A stretch of DNA of 64,000 nt from Planctomycetota bacterium (GTDB lineage: Bacteria; Planctomycetota; UBA8108; SXIK01), in NCBI GenBank assembly GCA_965223265.1, contig OZ244999.1, forward strand, positions 8,864,001 through 8,928,000, in the 5' to 3' direction. Position numbers and translations under genes: made by a program. Below the pieces are notes generated by a model. The model was not told where the DNA came from and did no database searches. It saw only the letters and a program-made list of their open reading frames with translations. Within the stretch, counting starts at the first letter, position 1. Each line of letters begins with the position of its first letter. This document shows positions 41,336-52,000 of the stretch, piece by piece.

Positions 41336-43587
41336 GCGAAAGCGTGGCTCCGTCAAGCTGCGAGGGTTGCCAAGACTTCGAGGAAGAAATCGCTCGCCTC
41401 AACAAAATCATCGCTGCGCTCATGGTCCGCGTGGAGCGCAACATGAATCTTCAGAACGAGGGGTTCTCTCTCTTTCAGGCGGCGACGTCTCTCGAAAGCA
41501 AGGTCCGCGAGCGTACCGCGGCGCTTGAGGTCGCCATGCACAAGCTGGAGGCTTCGAACGTCGAGTTGACGAACGCGCGCGAATTCGCCGATGCCGCCAA
41601 TCTGGCCAAGTCCGAGTTTCTCGCCAACATGAGCCACGAGATCCGTACGCCGCTCAACGGCATTCTCGGGATGACGGAGCTACTTGTCACTACAGATTTG
41701 AGCCCGCGTCAGAGACGGTTTGCCGAGATGGTGAAAGACTCTGCAAAGTCCCTTCTCTGCATCATCAACGACATCCTGGATCTCTCGAAAATCGAAGCGC
41801 GAAAACTGGAGCTCGATTCGATTCCCTTCGATCTTCGCGATGTCGCAGAAGACGTCGCTGAGCAATTTGCCGAAGCAGCTCAAAGCAAGGGCCTAGAGAT
41901 CACAACGAGCGTCCCTGTAGAATTGCACACGAGATTCTTCGGCGATCCGATTCGTGTCCGCCAAGTGCTCACGAACCTGTTCTCAAATGCGATCAAGTTC
42001 ACCCAGCACGGTGAGGTCGGGGTTCGCGTCGCGCTGTCGTCGCAAGACGACGAGTCGAGCACTCTTCGTTTGGAAGTGCGCGACACGGGTATCGGCATCG
42101 CTGCTGAGGCTCAGGAGCATATCTTTCAAGCATTCTCTCAAGCCGATGGTTCGACGACGCGTAGATTCGGCGGTACCGGACTGGGACTGACGATCTGCAA
42201 GCAGCTCGTCGAGCTCATGGGTGGCGAGATCGGCGTTGACACGACCCTCGGACAAGGGTCTGTATTCTGGTTTACCGTGACGCTCAAGAAGCGGCCGGAC
42301 CGGCTGATCGAAAACTCGTCAGCGCTCACCGGACGCGTCGTGCTGATCGTCGACGACAATGAAACCTGTCGACGCAACCTGCAGCACGTGCTCAATGCAT
42401 GGGACGTACGCTCCGTCGGGGCGCGCGATGCGCAGGAGGCGCTCCGTCTGGCGCGCGAATATGCAGCTGATGGTCGGCCGCTTGACCTCGCCCTCATCGA
42501 TCGGTCGATGCCTGGAATGTGCGGCATTGACCTGTCGAGGTCTTTCTCGCGAGAGCCAAGCTTAAGGAGGATCACGAAGGTTCTCCTTTCCTCGTTCGGC
42601 GATCGTTGCGACGACGAGGAGCGCGAAGCAGCAGGAATCGCTGATTGGCTCACCAAACCGATTCGACAGTCGGAGCTGTACGATTGCCTTGTGAATGCTT
42701 TTTCCGATTCGCGAGCCCCGAGCTCGCGGCAGGACGTTCACGAGCTGCGAGCGCCGTCTGTGCAGTTCGAGGGGCAAGTCTTGCTTGCCGAAGACAACGC
42801 AGTGAATCAGGAGGTTGCTGTCAGCATGCTTGAAATGCTCGGCTGCACCGTCACCGTTGTCGGCTGCGGAGAGGCCGCTGTCAGCGAAGCAGGCAGGCGG
42901 GAGTATGATGCGGTGCTCATGGACTGCCACATGCCACGCATGGACGGTTTTGAGGCGACGCGACGAATTCGGCAGAACGAGCGCCGCGACAATTCGCGCC
43001 GCACACCAATCATTGCACTCACGGCATGCGCCCTTACGGAGGACCGACAGCGCTGCTTCGAGGTGGGAATGGACGACTATCTGAGCAAGCCGTTCACGCA
43101 TCTTCAGCTCATGGACATGCTGGGACGATGGTTGGCGCATGAAGATGGTGCAGCAGCGGAGACGGAGATTCTTTCGCGCAGCATGACGAAACCGGATGAG
43201 GATGCACGTTCAGTCCAGTTCGCGGTCCTTGAACCGGAGGCGCTCAACGACATCCGCATGCTCCAGCGGCCGGGAGTGGAGAGCATCGTGAAGCGGGTCA
43301 TCAATGCTTACCTAAAAGAGTCCACGACTCAGATGCGTACGCTTCAAGCCTGCGTCCAGTCGGAGGACGCCACCGCAATCTATCAAACCGCGCATGGCCT
43401 GAAATCGAGTAGCGCTCGTGTTGGAGCTCTGCGATTCTCCGAACTCTTCAGGCAGCTGGAGATGATGGGCAGGTCAGGGGGGCTTGAAGGTGCGCGCGAA
43501 GTCATGTCGCAGATCGAATCCGCTTTTCCGCTCGTTTGCGAAGCTCTCGAGGCCGAGAAAGCCGCGGAGCTCGCCGCCGCGACCTGA
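41332..43587 (+). CDS. Hybrid histidine kinase (HisKA-HATPase-REC-REC-HPt), NahK-like partner of NosP
   Basis: [11 protein letters not shown]...FQ...LE..V.ERT N-terminus; [25 protein letters not shown], two REC domains (IDRSMP, MDCHMP) and AHGLKSSS HPt. Confidence 0.93.
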   Translation: MSESVAPSSCEGCQDFEEEIARLNKIIAALMVRVERNMNLQNEGFSLFQAATSLESKVRERTAALEVAMHKLEASNVELTNAREFADAANLAKSEFLANMSHEIRTPLNGILGMTELLVTTDLSPRQRRFAEMVKDSAKSLLCIINDILDLSKIEARKLELDSIPFDLRDVAEDVAEQFAEAAQSKGLEITTSVPVELHTRFFGDPIRVRQVLTNLFSNAIKFTQHGEVGVRVALSSQDDESSTLRLEVRDTGIGIAAEAQEHIFQAFSQADGSTTRRFGGTGLGLTICKQLVELMGGEIGVDTTLGQGSVFWFTVTLKKRPDRLIENSSALTGRVVLIVDDNETCRRNLQHVLNAWDVRSVGARDAQEALRLAREYAADGRPLDLALIDRSMPGMCGIDLSRSFSREPSLRRITKVLLSSFGDRCDDEEREAAGIADWLTKPIRQSELYDCLVNAFSDSRAPSSRQDVHELRAPSVQFEGQVLLAEDNAVNQEVAVSMLEMLGCTVTVVGCGEAAVSEAGRREYDAVLMDCHMPRMDGFEATRRIRQNERRDNSRRTPIIALTACALTEDRQRCFEVGMDDYLSKPFTHLQLMDMLGRWLAHEDGAAAETEILSRSMTKPDEDARSVQFAVLEPEALNDIRMLQRPGVESIVKRVINAYLKESTTQMRTLQACVQSEDATAIYQTAHGLKSSSARVGALRFSELFRQLEMMGRSGGLEGAREVMSQIESAFPLVCEALEAEKAAELAAAT

Positions 43588-43637
43588 CGGGCGTTTGTCG
43601 CTCGAAGCGGCCCACAAGAGGCCGCGCGATCCACAAT

Positions 43638-44786
43638 CTATAGGTACGTCTTTTCGCGCCATGCGGCGGCGATTTCACGCCGCAGCGGTGAGTCATTGAC
43701 GAGGCCGCACACGGTCTCCAGTACCGTTTCGACTCCCTGCGTGGCGAGGAGACGCTGCAATCGCTGGGTGCCCGTATCCGACGAACCCGAGTAGTCAAGC
43801 GCCGCGGCGATCGCTCGAGCGTAACCCACGGGCAGAAGGCCGTGCTTGAAGCATAGTTCTGCTGGCCCGACCAATCGCTCTTGGCTACCGAGCTTGCGGA
43901 GCGAGTCCCTCGCGTTTCGCTCGAGAGTGTCCTCCAAATCGGGATCACGGTATTTTTCGAGCGCCAGCGCTTGGAACTCGGCGTGCTCTTCCGAGTCAAA
44001 GCCACATTCCTGAACGAGGCCGTGCGCGGATTCGGCCATCACTTCTCTGATCAACTGCTGCATGCGTGGCGCGTTGGACGCTTCGTGCAGGAGTCGGTGG
44101 CCACGAGCGTAGCCAACGTAGGCAATGGGCCCGTTCAGCCCGTTGAAGGTGAAGATCTTGCGCCTTAATTCGTTGGCAAATGAGGACCGCGGTGAGAGTC
44201 CCTCAATGGGCGGGAGAGGGTCGACGATGGCGTCGGCGTCGGCCGGCAGGGTCCACCAGTCGCTGACGCGCACGAGGAGAGGTTCGTCGGGGCGGGTGTC
44301 CGGTGGTGTTGTCATCGCTGTCCGCAGCACGATCGTCTCGACGATCCCGAGGCTGCCTCGGTCGATGAAGTCGCACGCTGCACTGGAGCGTTCGTGCACC
44401 ACCTCCCGGATTCTCGTGGCCGGCTCTAGTGTGTTCTCGCAAACAAACCAATTGAGCGGTTGGCTTCGGTCGCGGAGCGCATCGGCGATCGTCGCAGCGG
44501 CACTCTCAACGTTGCGGGCGCCGACGCAGGAGAAGAGAACGTCAGTCACCGCGCCGAGTGTCGACACGACTGCTAACTCGGATGTGTGGTGTGCGCTCGC
44601 CACTGGGATCGACTCCGACGCCGCATTGCCGGCGACTGCGATGTCATAGGCGCGGTCACGATTCAGTCGGTTCACAACGTGCTCGTCCGCATCGACGAAG
44701 TGAAGGGCGAAGCCACTGCGGTGAAGAAGGTGTCCGACAAAGCCGCGACCGATCCCGCCAGCGCCGAAAATCAGAGCCTGTTTCAC
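43638..44786 (-). CDS. Mannitol-1-phosphate 5-dehydrogenase-like (long-chain polyol dehydrogenase) protein 2
   Basis: FGAGGIGRGF, CEN, RKIFTFN and RKLGSQERLVGP motifs. Confidence 0.85.
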   Translation of the reverse strand: MKQALIFGAGGIGRGFVGHLLHRSGFALHFVDADEHVVNRLNRDRAYDIAVAGNAASESIPVASAHHTSELAVVSTLGAVTDVLFSCVGARNVESAAATIADALRDRSQPLNWFVCENTLEPATRIREVVHERSSAACDFIDRGSLGIVETIVLRTAMTTPPDTRPDEPLLVRVSDWWTLPADADAIVDPLPPIEGLSPRSSFANELRRKIFTFNGLNGPIAYVGYARGHRLLHEASNAPRMQQLIREVMAESAHGLVQECGFDSEEHAEFQALALEKYRDPDLEDTLERNARDSLRKLGSQERLVGPAELCFKHGLLPVGYARAIAAALDYSGSSDTGTQRLQRLLATQGVETVLETVCGLVNDSPLRREIAAAWREKTYL

Positions 44787-46297
44787 AGCTTCGCCTCGCG
44801 CAGTCGTGTGAGCTGTTCGGTAACGCCTGAGTGATTTGACTGCAGCTCGAGGAAGACCTCGTAAGCGCGATCGTAGGCCGCGCTCCAGCGAGGGTCCGGC
44901 TCGACGATGGTCGATGTCGGGGTCGGAATCTGGTCTGGATCGCCCTCTGCGGAGATTCTTTGCATGTGACGAATCAAACCGAGGAGGGCGAACTCAGCGT
45001 CTTCGTATACTTCAAGAGTGACCTTGAGCACGGCAGCGCGAATCTGGTTCTGAAGCGCATGGCGCGCACCACCCCCGGCGATCTTGATGCGCCGAGGTGG
45101 TGTGCTCGGCAGCTCATCGAAGAGTTGCCGTTTGCCGTAGGCGATTCCTTCGAGGAGCGCGCGAAAGAGATGTTCGCGCCTGTGGTGCGTGCGCAGGCCG
45201 ACAAACGATCCCGAAAGGGCGTCGTTCCAGAGCGGTGCCCGCTCACCGCTCAGATACGGCTCAAACAGTAACCCCTCGCTCCCCGGCGGCACCCCCGCGG
45301 CGGCGCTATGAAGGCCGGCGGCGCCGTCGCCCGCGCCGAACCGGTCGACGAACCAAGCCACGGTACTGCCTCCCGCGCTCGTGCTGCCGTAGTGGATCCA
45401 GCCTTCGCCTTGGCGCGTACGCATAAGGCGCGTCGGAATCGGGTGCGTGTCGGCCAGGTAGATGCCGGAGTTCTCCGAAGTGCTGGCCAGCATGAACCCT
45501 TCGCAGTCGTCGAGCTGCATGCCGACGAATCCCGCTGTGCGATCCGCCAGCCCGGGATAAACATAGGTGTCACTCGGCAGCTTGATCCCGTCGAAGGTCT
45601 TGTACGGGTCCCTCAGTTTCGCGGCAGCCTCGGCAATCTCAGGGAGCTGTGAGCGTGCGGCTCCGATATACGCCAACATCTCGTCGGCGTAGTCGAGGGT
45701 GTCGTTGTTGAGGATGCTGACCTGACCCGAGTAGTGGGTGTGAAAGGCGCCGGTCAGCAGATGGTACACGTAGTCGTGGACCTGGAGGACTTTGACTTCC
45801 CCGGAGACGCGGCCACCGAATCGATCGTGAATCATGACAGCGAGCCAGTTCGGTACGACCGGTAGCGTTGTGCCGAGGATCTCACGGTCGCGGCCACCGG
45901 CGAGAAACTCGCGCAGCGCGGGCACGCTCGCGCGGGAGGTCGTGTCCATCCAGATCGGGAACTCGTCGTATTCGAGGCCCGCCGCGGGTTCGTTCCAGAC
46001 GATCAGACTTGAGACATGACCGCAGAGTCCAACGTGTAGCGACGACACGCGCTCGGTAGAAACCACGTGAGCGAGCTGGACGAAAAGAATCCGGAGCGCA
46101 TCGACTGTCTGTTTCGCGCTGCAAGTGGCGCCGCCGCCGCTCGTGACCTGAACCTCGTTGGGCTGCGGAGTGAGCAGCCGGAATGCTCCTCCTGGGAGAA
46201 GCACACTGCCCTTGATGCTCGTCGTGCCGATATCGAATGCCGCGAAGGCCTCTCTGCTCATGTTGCCCACTTTAGCAGGATCGATCGCCGGGCGCAT
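44783..46297 (-). CDS. FGGY-family carbohydrate kinase (xylulokinase-like)
   Basis: DIGTTSIK, IWMD, PYLSGERAP, RALLEGIA and AGGGA motifs. Confidence 0.85.
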   Translation of the reverse strand: MRPAIDPAKVGNMSREAFAAFDIGTTSIKGSVLLPGGAFRLLTPQPNEVQVTSGGGATCSAKQTVDALRILFVQLAHVVSTERVSSLHVGLCGHVSSLIVWNEPAAGLEYDEFPIWMDTTSRASVPALREFLAGGRDREILGTTLPVVPNWLAVMIHDRFGGRVSGEVKVLQVHDYVYHLLTGAFHTHYSGQVSILNNDTLDYADEMLAYIGAARSQLPEIAEAAAKLRDPYKTFDGIKLPSDTYVYPGLADRTAGFVGMQLDDCEGFMLASTSENSGIYLADTHPIPTRLMRTRQGEGWIHYGSTSAGGSTVAWFVDRFGAGDGAAGLHSAAAGVPPGSEGLLFEPYLSGERAPLWNDALSGSFVGLRTHHRREHLFRALLEGIAYGKRQLFDELPSTPPRRIKIAGGGARHALQNQIRAAVLKVTLEVYEDAEFALLGLIRHMQRISAEGDPDQIPTPTSTIVEPDPRWSAAYDRAYEVFLELQSNHSGVTEQLTRLREAKL

Positions 46298-47465
46298 CCG
46301 CGCCGGCGTCCCTTCGAAGCCGGCGCAGATAGAGAGCGAGAGGTTCTTCGCGTTCGAGTCCGCAGACTTCGGAGAGTATCTGCTCGAACGATCGATCCGC
46401 GCTCAGCGGCGGCTCGCCGCGCGACGCGAACTCCATGGCCGCAAAGATGGCACACGCCAAGGCGCGCGGTTCGATTCCATGTTTGAGCGCCAGCCGCGCC
46501 GGGCCGACGAGGCGATCGTCTCGGCCTAACTTGCGGCGCGGGTTGGCACCGTTGCGCGCCAGCGGGTCCGGGATCGCGGGATTCGAGAATTTGGCCAGCG
46601 CTCTCGTCACCCACGAATCCTGTTCGCGTTGATCGAACCCGAACTCGGCGACCAGCGCGTCGCTCGCTTCCTTGGCAGCCTTCACCGCCGCGTCGCGAAT
46701 GATCGGGTCGTTGGCGGCCTCGGCGAGAAACTGTAAGCCGCGCCGTGCGCCAACGTAGGTGATCACGGCGTTGATGGCGTTGTACGTGTAGAGCTTGCGA
46801 ACGAGCTGATGTTCGAAGTTCGGTTGCGGGCGCAGGTCGCCGAGATCCTCTGGCGGCGAGCCGCGAAACGCCGTCGCGTCGCACGGTAGATCGAAGAAGT
46901 CCTCGGCGCGGACGGTGAGAGGCGAGTCACCGTGCGCTGGACCGATGCACGTCTTCAGCACCATGGCTTCGACGAACCCGACATTGCGGTCGACGGTGGC
47001 GCGGAGGCGCGCGTCACTCGGGAGACTCTTCACGACGCTCTCTTTGAGTGTGCACGCTGCGTCCTTGAGGTTTTCGCAGGTGACCACCTGAAGAGGACTG
47101 ACTGCGGCGTCCTTTCGCCCGTAGCGCGCCGCCAGGGCCTTTGCGATGGATCTTCCGAGTCCCGGCAAGTTGTCGCCAAAGACCGCCGTAAAGCAGATGT
47201 CGGCCGCGTCGAAGTCGCGCTGCCACGGTGGTGTTCCTGCCTCGACCGCATCGAGCTCGTAGGCGGCCGCCGAGGAGAGCTCGACGCGTCTCGGAGGCGA
47301 GGACAGCACTTCCACGTCATACGACCCTGCAGCGCGAAGCTGCGCAATGACGCCCGCATCGCGGTCGACGAGCACGAATTCCCGCCCCGCTCTCGCCGCC
47401 ACGTGCGCCAGGAAGCCGCGCCCCGTGCGGCCGGCGCCGAAGATGATGAGCGGCCGAGCTGTCAT
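46272..47465 (-). CDS. Mannitol-1-phosphate 5-dehydrogenase-like protein 1
   Basis: Start giving MTARPLIIFGAGRTGRGF; TCEN, RKLYTYN and RKLGRDDRLVGP motifs. ATGA overlap with the MFS gene. Confidence 0.85.
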   Translation of the reverse strand: MTARPLIIFGAGRTGRGFLAHVAARAGREFVLVDRDAGVIAQLRAAGSYDVEVLSSPPRRVELSSAAAYELDAVEAGTPPWQRDFDAADICFTAVFGDNLPGLGRSIAKALAARYGRKDAAVSPLQVVTCENLKDAACTLKESVVKSLPSDARLRATVDRNVGFVEAMVLKTCIGPAHGDSPLTVRAEDFFDLPCDATAFRGSPPEDLGDLRPQPNFEHQLVRKLYTYNAINAVITYVGARRGLQFLAEAANDPIIRDAAVKAAKEASDALVAEFGFDQREQDSWVTRALAKFSNPAIPDPLARNGANPRRKLGRDDRLVGPARLALKHGIEPRALACAIFAAMEFASRGEPPLSADRSFEQILSEVCGLEREEPLALYLRRLRRDAGADAPGDRSC

Positions 47466-48808
47466 CGCTTGGGAACGATCTCGCGGTTCGGGTTGATGAA
47501 GAGCCAGCAGAGTGCCGACGCGGCATAGATCGCACAGAACACGACGAGTACGAGGTCCCAGCGCTCGCTGCCATAGTGCAGTGTCGTCGTCTGGACGAAC
47601 CGACCGATGAACCACGGACAGGCCGCTGCACCGAGATTGCCGCACATGTTCATGGCGCTATAGACTTTCGAGACGTGCGCGCCGCCGACATCGATGGTGG
47701 TCGCGATCGAGGGCGGCGCAGCCATCGCCTGGAAGAAGGCTCCACCGGAGACGAAGAACATCGCCAGGGAGATTCCTGGGCTGCGGTACGCAGCGTAGAT
47801 ACTGATCGCTGCCAGGAGCGTAGTCGTGACCGCCATCCACTTGCGGCTGACGCGCCGGCTGTGCGTCTTGCGCCAGAGGGCATCGCCGATCATGCCGCCG
47901 ATGACGCCGCCCACAACGACAGATCCAAGGACCAATGCAGACAGATAGCCCGATTGTTCGGTCGTGATGCCGTGGGTCTTTTTCAGATAGGTGGGAAACC
48001 AGGTCGGAAAAAAAATGTAGCCGGCGGCACGAAAGAACTGCTGTCCGCAGATGAGCCACATCGTTGGTTTTGAGACGAGGATTCCCCAGGCGCCTCCCTG
48101 TTCATCTGCGACCGTTGACGCCTCATCGGTGCTCCCGTGTGCCGATTGGTCACTTCGTATCAGGTCACACTCTGCGTCATTTACGGCGGGGTGCTCTTCG
48201 GGGCGATCCCGAAACCAGGAGTAGAAGAGCACGGCCCAGACGGCACCGGGGATGCCGAGCAGCATGCACACGTTGCGCCAATCCAAGCCGATCTTCTCAC
48301 TCAGGAGCCAACCGGTGAGGGTCGTCGCCGCGAGTCCGCCCAGCGACATGAAGCTGGTGAGCGAGCCACCGGCAAGCGACCGTAGTGACGTCGGGAGCCA
48401 CTTCGAAAACGCTAACACCGTGCAGGGGAAGAGGCCCGCTTGGCCGACGCCGACGATCGCGTAGGCCAGTAGCAAGCCAAAGAACCCGGCGGTCACTCCC
48501 ATGAGCGCCGTGGCTCCAGCCCACACCAGCGCGAGGATGAGCAGGGCACGCCGACTGCCGAGCCACTCACCAAGCCAGCCTCCGGGAATCTGAAGCAGAG
48601 CGTACGGCAGAAAGAACGCGAGGCCCATGATCAGCCCCATCTGCTCGTGGGAGATCTTCAGATCGCGTTCCACATCCTCCGCGGCAACGCCGAGGATGTT
48701 GCGGCTGAGGTAGGCGATCGACGCACCAAGGCAGAGTGCCACGATGACTTTGTAGCGCCCGCGCGTCGGCGTTGACTGCGGCTCGGGTGTGAGGCTTGGA
48801 TCGGTCAT
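47462..48808 (-). CDS. MFS transporter (anion:cation symporter, glucarate/galactonate-like)
   Basis: About 12 TM segments; YALLQIPGGWL, WFRDRPEEHP.VN and MNMCGNLG motifs. Confidence 0.9.
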   Translation of the reverse strand: MTDPSLTPEPQSTPTRGRYKVIVALCLGASIAYLSRNILGVAAEDVERDLKISHEQMGLIMGLAFFLPYALLQIPGGWLGEWLGSRRALLILALVWAGATALMGVTAGFFGLLLAYAIVGVGQAGLFPCTVLAFSKWLPTSLRSLAGGSLTSFMSLGGLAATTLTGWLLSEKIGLDWRNVCMLLGIPGAVWAVLFYSWFRDRPEEHPAVNDAECDLIRSDQSAHGSTDEASTVADEQGGAWGILVSKPTMWLICGQQFFRAAGYIFFPTWFPTYLKKTHGITTEQSGYLSALVLGSVVVGGVIGGMIGDALWRKTHSRRVSRKWMAVTTTLLAAISIYAAYRSPGISLAMFFVSGGAFFQAMAAPPSIATTIDVGGAHVSKVYSAMNMCGNLGAAACPWFIGRFVQTTTLHYGSERWDLVLVVFCAIYAASALCWLFINPNREIVPKR

Positions 48809-49053
48809 GAAGTGCGTACTCTCAGCTCTTCCGGGCGCATCTCTGTTCGGGCGAGGTGCAGCGTTACCGGCGCGGAGGCGACATTGTGCGCTAGCGGTTG
48901 AGAGAACTCACGGGATTCTCGCAAGACCCAAGCAGGCACGCGGCTCCCCCCGTCGTCCTCGCACCGTCGTGGGCACGACGCGAACTCGCACTTGAGGTGG
49001 GGGGCCGCCGCCGCGAACCGCAGGCGAGTTGTGCGCGAGTCTTTGGAAGCGCG

Positions 49054-52000
49054 TCAGAGCTCGCAGTTCGACTGCTCACAGAACGCGCCATCGACCTCGC
49101 GGCAATCGCCAACGTCGATGCCCGCCGAGCCTTCGTCACCGATGTAGAGGCGATTCAGAAGGCCGACCGCGTCGGCGAGGTCGACGAGGCCATCTGCGTT
49201 CGCATCGCAGCTGTCGTGGCACGTGATCGCGCGCGTGCCGCGAAAGAGGTTTTCGAGCGTCATGATGGCGTCGCTCAAGTTGACGGCGCCATCGCCGTTA
49301 CAGTCGCCAGCGCGCGAGTTGACATCTTGAGGTGGACGCAGCGGCAGGACGCCAGGCGTGCCGCCGGGCTGCTCTGAGTCACGCCACGCCGGAGCCAGAT
49401 CGTTGTCGCGCTGGCGGTGGACGTCTGTCAGCTCAAGGCTGTGACCGCGCCCGGACGCAAGCTGCGGCCACGGCGCCGCGCCATCGTAAAGGAGAAAATC
49501 AACAGTCGCCGGGAAGCCGGGGCCGGCGTCGCGGACGCGGAGGGTCTCACCGTCATTGGCTAGATTCCCAGGGTAGGGACCGAAGACGCGCGCCGACGTG
49601 GTGTGGTTTTGCCGAAAGACTTCGGGATCCTTAGCGAGGACGATGACTTCGTCGACGTCCACCGTCGTTCCCTCGGGGAAGAAATACTCGCTGCGCGAGC
49701 CGTCGTCTTCGGTGCGCCCGAGTCCTTTGATCGTCCACCCCGAGATGTCGACGCTGCTTCCCGTATTGTTCCATAGCTCCAAGAACTCCCCGTCCTCTTC
49801 AGGGCCGACGGGGTTGTACATGAGCTCGGTGATCTTGAGACGGTCCGGGCGCGTAAATCCGTCCTCTTCCAGTCTCCTAATGATGAACTCTCGACGCTGT
49901 GCCATGTGATCACGTAGGAGCTCCACGTGCGGGCCGAATTCGATCGGAAAATCCGGTTCGAGATGAAAGAGCGACCGGCCCCAAAAGTCGAAGTCGAGTT
50001 GCTGCTCTTCCCACAGGAGGTCGCGGAGGAATCCGAGCTTGTCGTTGACGACTTCCGCGTTCAATTTCTCCTCGACGGCGATCCAAAGGCGCGCCGCATA
50101 GGCGCGTCGATACCAGCCATCGCCGAAGCTGAACACTTGACCCAAAAGCCGCATTCCCGTGCCGGCGAACGGATCGGGACCGGGCGTCCAAAGGTTATCG
50201 TTCAGCGGTCCATCGAATGCTTGGTTGAACGTCTTTCCAAAGCTGAGATCGAGGTCCCAGGGCAGCAGACGCCATTTGTCTTTCTTCAGGTCATGAAAGA
50301 AGAAGTGGTTTTTGAAGGTGTAGTCAGTGTTGCAAATCAGCGAATGCGTGGCTTGGAATTCAAGCGCCGCATCTTCCTCGATAAACGTACGAATGAATTC
50401 CCCCATCTCCTCGGGCGGCGTCGTGTCGAGTCGCTCGACGAACTCCTCGATGTCGCTCAGGTCGCCGTCCTCGTTCGTCTCCTCTTCGAATCCACCGTTC
50501 GACTTGTAAAGGTTGCCGTCCGGGTCGAGCCCAGCACGGGCGAGAAAGCGTTGATCCGGATGTTCCATCGCTGAGTAGAGCCCGAAGTACTCGCCGTTGA
50601 CGTGGAGACGTATATAGTCATGCGTCGAGGCGGGATAGTTCATCTCGCGAAACATTCCCCACGCCAGGTGCTCCCTCATCAGGACCTTGTCGGTGACCAT
50701 GCTCTGGAAGTTCAGCTTGCGCTGTCCTTGAAAAAACCGTCCACGCCGAAAGCGGATCTTAAATGGGCGTTTTGCGACACCGCGGCTGCAAATCGATTGT
50801 CCGCGTGCACGGATGTCGACATTGGGAAAGAGATCGCCTTGGAACGCAAACGCGCCGGGGTTGAACCGCACACAGCTCAGACGTCCGAGATAGCGCTGCG
50901 GCGCAGCATCGCGGTTAGGATCAAGAATGACGTTGTAGAGTGGGAACGGGGTGTCCGGCCTGAGATCATTGACGTAGTAACCACGCACTCGACTCGGGTC
51001 TGTCGCGAGTGGCTCGACGCGTGTGCCGCTGGTGCCTTCGGCGACGATGCGGAAAATCACGCGACTGCCATGCGGTTGAGGTGGAACCGACGCGCCGTAA
51101 ACACCGTCATTCGGAGCGCCGTCATTCGACGCGCCGTCATCCAGCATGACCACGTCGATCGTTTCCGTTTCGTTGACGCGATAGCGCAGCGTCACCGCAT
51201 CAATATCGCCGCCGCGGACGCGGGCGTTGATCCAGGTCACGTCCTGTGAGGTCGGCTCTTGCGGTATGCGGTGGAGCTGGTCGACCATCGGTGGCGGGTC
51301 GGCCTGGATGAAGCTGTTCTCCGCCCCCGGGCTCAGCAGCTGCTGGCCGTCTCCGAGCTGCCAAAACACGCCACCGTTTGAAGTCGAAGCCTTGAAGATT
51401 CTGACGACGAGATCCGGCATCCCAACGACGTGGCGGTAGTCGAAAGTTAGCTGGTACATGGCTTCGCGCGTGTCGAGGGCTTCGACTGTCGTCGTGCTGA
51501 CGCCGTCAGACGCTGAGCTGCCACGCGCAGTGGCAGAGACGCGCAGCGCGGCGCTGCCGTCGGCGCCGCCGTCCTCATCGACGCCGCTGAAAGCGTGGGA
51601 ACCCTCAGCATTCCAGCCGTCAAGTCCCGCCGAGAAGTCGCCGTTGGCGATGAGGTTCACACCCGGATTAGCGACGTCAACGAGTTCGACATTGTCGATA
51701 AGGAATTCCGCGTCGCCCTGGGCGTTGAAGAGGAGATCACTCGAATTCGCTCTGCCGGTCACAGTCACAGTGTGCCATCCCTCGAGCGCCGCCGTGCGGT
51801 GCACTTGCCAGTTGGCGGGATCGTCCGAGATGCCGCGCGGCGCGATGCGCTCAAGACTATAGCCGAGGCTGTCGGCTGCCGCGGGCCAGCCGCTGTGATC
51901 GAGGTAGCGCACCGAGTCGACGAAGTTTTCTTCGGCATCAACGAGAGTCAAGCGTTCGCCTGAGTTGGAAAGTTGACCAACGAAGTCGCCCACGGTGTTG

